A stretch of DNA of 64,000 bases, from contig JASMLU010000001.1 in NCBI GenBank assembly GCA_030748535.1, forward strand, positions 151,087 to 215,086. Direction: 5' to 3'. Below are positions 60,741 to 64,000 of this stretch, piece after piece (position 1 is the stretch's first letter; each line of letters starts with the position of its first letter). The notes beneath the pieces are model-generated. The model had not been told where the DNA came from and did not search any database. It worked only from the letters and a program-made list of their open reading frames with translations. Position numbers and translations under genes: made by a program. The stretch is from Candidatus Krumholzibacteriia bacterium (lineage in GTDB: Bacteria; Krumholzibacteriota; Krumholzibacteriia; JACNKJ01).

Positions 60741-61169
60741 TCAATGAATGCTGTCGGGAAGCCGGTTCGAAAGTGAAGCCGGCATAAGGTCTCGGTCAAA
60801 AATCAGGGAGGCGGTAAGGAAACGGATTTCCTCCAGCCCTAGCCCTTCCGGGTACATGGACGCAGCGCGCCGAAGAATCTCGGAAAACTCCTCAGGCCAT
60901 AGAAGTCCCAGGTGCTGGATTTTCTCCAGAAAGTCCCAGGCCTCCTGATTGAGAGTCGGCGGATCGAAGTCGTCTCCTGCGGCCTCCTCCTGGAGAGACG
61001 CAGAAGATTGCATGAAATAGCGCATTGCCTGGCGGATTTCCTCACTGCTGAAGCCAGCTTCCTCCAGCCAGTCCTTCACCTCATCCAGACCCACTGCCGC
61101 TTCACCGCCCTCGCCCCCATGGTCGAGGATGTAAAGAAAGATTTCCATCAAGCGCTTGGACATCGCCAC
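60741..61169 (-). CDS. smg: Smg (DUF494) protein
   Basis: ~140-aa acidic protein, EIFLYILDH ... LEEAGFSSEEIRQAM pattern. Upstream of topA. Confidence 0.6.
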   Translation of the reverse strand: MAMSKRLMEIFLYILDHGGEGGEAAVGLDEVKDWLEEAGFSSEEIRQAMRYFMQSSASLQEEAAGDDFDPPTLNQEAWDFLEKIQHLGLLWPEEFSEILRRAASMYPEGLGLEEIRFLTASLIFDRDLMPASLSNRLPDSIH

Positions 61170-61201
61170 TCCATCATCGTGAATTGCCTTCAGCTAGTAC
61201 G

Positions 61202-64000
61202 CTATGCTGTGCCCTGAGCGCAACACTTTTTGTATTTTCTTCCGCTGCCGCAAGGGCAGGGATCATTTCTTCCGACTTTTCCGCCCTCGTTCACCACGGG
61301 CTGAGGTCGTCCGCCCGCGTGGGGATTCGGGTTGCTCATAATCGCAGAAGCTGCAGAGGGAGCTTCTGCGGGAGCCTCGTCCGGCACATCGTGATAGGCA
61401 TCCCGGTCTTCGTGCCTTGTCTGGGTCCGGGAGAGATCTTCGCCTTCGTAGCTGGCAGGCGCCACAGCCACTTCCAGGTGGAATAGCAGGCGAAGTGTTT
61501 CCCGATCGATCATATCCAGCATCGACTCGAAGAGAGAAAAGGCCTCGACCTTGAACTCCACAAGGGGATCCTTCTGGGCATAAGCTCTCAGACCGATACC
61601 GCTCTTCAGATTGTCCAGTTCCAGAAGATGCTCTTTCCACGCCTCATCCAGGCTCCGGAGCAATGCGTATCGACAGACCTGACGATAGAGGTCCTCAGGC
61701 AGGGCACTCTTTCTCTCCTGCAGGCGGGAAAGGGCCCTTTCTCGCATGGTGTTTTCCAGCAGGTCCCGGTCCCAGGTATCGAGCTTCTCTTCGGGAAGGG
61801 AGAAATCTCCGAGGAAGGTAGCCTCCAGGGAACTTGTCAGTTCTCCCAGATCCCAGTCCTCAGGGTGCTGTCCTGTGGGGACGAGATCCTGAATGAGATT
61901 GCTCACCACATCGGCGGCCTTTCCCTCCACTTCCTCATGCAGGTCTTCCTGAGAGAGATAGAAAGCGCGTCGGTCATAGACGACTTCTCGCTGGAGATTC
62001 ATGACATCGTCATACTTGAGAAGATGCTTTCGCATATCGAAGTTATGAGCTTCCACCTTCTTCTGGGCGCGCTCGATGGCTCGAGTCACCATCGGGTGCG
62101 TGATGACTTCGCCTTCCTGCACACCGACCCGGTCCATGATCCTTCCGATCTTCTCCCCGCTGAAGAGGCGCATGAGGTTGTCCTCAAGGCTCAGGAAGAA
62201 GAGACTGCGGCCAGGGTCACCCTGTCTTCCGGATCGGCCCCGGAGCTGTCGGTCGATTCTCCGGCTCTCATGGCGCTCCGTTCCGATGATCTGAAGCCCG
62301 AGAGCCTGTTCCGCTTCTCCTTCAAGATGCAATTCCGAAGGATCAATCACCTGGGGAGCCAGTTTGATATCCGTACCACGGCCCGCCATGTTGGTGGCGA
62401 TCGTCACCGCGCCAGGCTGCCCTGCGTTCATGACAATTTCCGCTTCCCGCTGGTGCTGTTTGGCGTTGAGAACATTGTGAGGAATGTTGCGCCGGGAGAG
62501 AAGACGGCTCAGGGTTTCACTGAACTCCACGGACACGGTTCCCACGAGAATCGGTAAGCGCATTCGATGAAGTCGCTCCACCTCGTCGATGATCGCGGTT
62601 ACCTTCTCACGCCTCGTGCGGTAGATCCGGTCGTCACCGTCCTCTCGAACCACTGGGCGGTTGGTCGGAATTACGATGACCTTCAACTTGTAGATTTCCC
62701 ATAATTCCTCCTCCTCGGTCACCGCCGTTCCGGTCATGCCGGAGAGAGTTTCATACATGCGGAAGAAATTCTGTAGGGTCACCGTCGCATAGGTTTGCGT
62801 CTGCCCCTCGATCGTCACCTTCTCTTTCGCCTCGATCGCCTGGTGCAAACCATCAGAATAGCGTCGGCCGTGGAGAGTTCGCCCCGTGAACTCGTCGACA
62901 ATCAGCACCTTGCCGTCGGAAACCACATAGTCCACATCCTTTTCAAAGATGCTGAATGCCTTCAGAAGTTGCTGGACGATCTGAATCAGGTCGCTTCTTT
63001 CGGCAAACTCACGATGTGCCTCCTCCCGGGCAAGCGCGCTAGCCCGAGAATCCAGCGCATCATCGGCATCAATCGCACCCAGCTTGACCGAGAGGTCCGG
63101 GAGAACGAAGAGCCCTCGATCCTTTTCACTCAGGGAATCGAGCCCCTTCTCGGTCAACTCGATGGAATGCCCCCGTTCGTCCAGCGTGAAGAAGAGAACG
63201 GAATTGAGTTCATGCAGGGTCTTGTCCCGCATATTTGCGTTCTCGACCTGCGATTGCATGGCCGTGGTTCCGCTTTCCTGCATCATTCGCAGGTAACGCT
63301 TGGCCTTGGGAGAGCCGTTGCGGATCTGGAGAAGCAAAGTCCCGAGTTCCCAATTTTCCTCATCGCCCCGATCCTCTTTCTTCAGCAGGGTCTCAGCCCT
63401 GGAGGTCAGGTCATTGATCAGCCGCTGCTGTTTGCCAAAGAGGGAGTTCACCATGGGTGCAAACTCCCGGTACTTCTCATTGGAAGTGGAGTGACTGACG
63501 GGGCCGGAAATGATCAGGGGAGTTCTCGCCTCGTCCACAAGAACGCTGTCCACCTCATCGACAATTGAGAAGAAGAAATCGCGCTGAACCTGCTGCTCCG
63601 AGGAACCCGCCATGTTGTCGCGGAGATAGTCGAAGCCGAATTCGCTATTGGTTCCGTAGGTAATGTCACACTGGTAGGCGGCTTTTCTGTCCTCCGGACT
63701 CAGGCCGGAGAGGATCACTCCCACACTCAGGCCCAGACTTTCGAAAATGCCTCCCATCCACTCGGAGTCACGCTGGGCAAGGTAATCGTTGACCGTGACC
63801 AGATGCGCCCCTCGACCGGGAAGAGCATTCAGATAAAGAGGCAGAGTCGCCACCAGGGTTTTTCCCTCTCCTGTAGCCATCTCTGCGATGTTCCCCCGGT
63901 GAAGTGCGATTCCGCCAATCAGCTGAACATCATAGGGAAGCATATCCCAGGGAAGCGGGAGCCCCATGACCGTCCATTCCTGTCCGCACTTTCGGCGACA
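61202..64000 (-). CDS. secA: preprotein translocase ATPase SecA (5' end beyond the window)
   Basis: MATGEGKTLVATLP, DEVDSVLVDEARTPLIISG, C-terminal zinc motif CPCGSGRKYKKCC. The reading frame stays open to position 64000. Confidence 0.93.
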   Translation of the reverse strand, partial: CRRKCGQEWTVMGLPLPWDMLPYDVQLIGGIALHRGNIAEMATGEGKTLVATLPLYLNALPGRGAHLVTVNDYLAQRDSEWMGGIFESLGLSVGVILSGLSPEDRKAAYQCDITYGTNSEFGFDYLRDNMAGSSEQQVQRDFFFSIVDEVDSVLVDEARTPLIISGPVSHSTSNEKYREFAPMVNSLFGKQQRLINDLTSRAETLLKKEDRGDEENWELGTLLLQIRNGSPKAKRYLRMMQESGTTAMQSQVENANMRDKTLHELNSVLFFTLDERGHSIELTEKGLDSLSEKDRGLFVLPDLSVKLGAIDADDALDSRASALAREEAHREFAERSDLIQIVQQLLKAFSIFEKDVDYVVSDGKVLIVDEFTGRTLHGRRYSDGLHQAIEAKEKVTIEGQTQTYATVTLQNFFRMYETLSGMTGTAVTEEEELWEIYKLKVIVIPTNRPVVREDGDDRIYRTRREKVTAIIDEVERLHRMRLPILVGTVSVEFSETLSRLLSRRNIPHNVLNAKQHQREAEIVMNAGQPGAVTIATNMAGRGTDIKLAPQVIDPSELHLEGEAEQALGLQIIGTERHESRRIDRQLRGRSGRQGDPGRSLFFLSLEDNLMRLFSGEKIGRIMDRVGVQEGEVITHPMVTRAIERAQKKVEAHNFDMRKHLLKYDDVMNLQREVVYDRRAFYLSQEDLHEEVEGKAADVVSNLIQDLVPTGQHPEDWDLGELTSSLEATFLGDFSLPEEKLDTWDRDLLENTMRERALSRLQERKSALPEDLYRQVCRYALLRSLDEAWKEHLLELDNLKSGIGLRAYAQKDPLVEFKVEAFSLFESMLDMIDRETLRLLFHLEVAVAPASYEGEDLSRTQTRHEDRDAYHDVPDEAPAEAPSAASAIMSNPNPHAGGRPQPVVNEGGKVGRNDPCPCGSGRKYKKCCAQGTA

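Noticed and set aside
58416-60776. Two long plus-strand ORFs (413 and 359 aa).
   Set aside because: Both are antisense to topA. They are shadow ORFs.
1-64000. Scan for CRISPR arrays, transposases or IS ends, integrases other than Xer, restriction-modification, toxin-antitoxin or other defence modules.
   Set aside because: I found no direct-repeat/spacer arrays, no terminal inverted repeats and no recognisable defence or mobile-element proteins. The window reads as conserved core chromosome.

Overview
This 64-kb window looks like core chromosome from a moderately GC-rich diderm bacterium. LptE, LapA/LapB and FadL homologues indicate an outer membrane. One secreted protease ends in a T9SS-like C-terminal sorting domain, which hints at the FCB group.

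I can support about 60 protein genes, almost all housekeeping. They include dxs, nadK, recN, holA, der, plsY, gpsA, miaA, mutL, mutS, miaB, mtaB, rpsA, aroA, hisC, scpAB, xerD, uvrC, rpsT, argF, xerC, trmFO, topA and secA. There are also five single tRNA genes, several intrinsic terminators and a recurring sigma70-type promoter pattern. I see no CRISPR array, transposase, prophage, toxin-antitoxin or recognisable defence genes.

The strongest hidden signal is a near-canonical 28-bp dif site at 16168-16195. It sits in a 25-nt intergenic gap, inside the zone where gene orientation flips from all-plus to all-minus, so the window probably spans the replication terminus.

Other points worth a second look:
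- A group-2 (RpoS-like) sigma gene sits between two tRNAs in its own promoter-driven unit, downstream of surE-pcm.
- A strongly promoted ~115-nt rod-like candidate sRNA converges on that unit.
- An 18-codon hydrophobic mini-ORF with a good SD and terminator follows a membrane PP2C phosphatase.
- An uncharacterised gene is translationally coupled between mutS and mutL, inside an ~11-kb mtaB-to-miaA superoperon.
- cmk and plsC are fused into one ORF.
- Ribosomal protein S1 has a 57-bp x 3.2 tandem repeat in its C-terminal tail.
- Two genes look leaderless.

All protein assignments rest on motifs I recognise by eye and on synteny. No searches or statistics were run.
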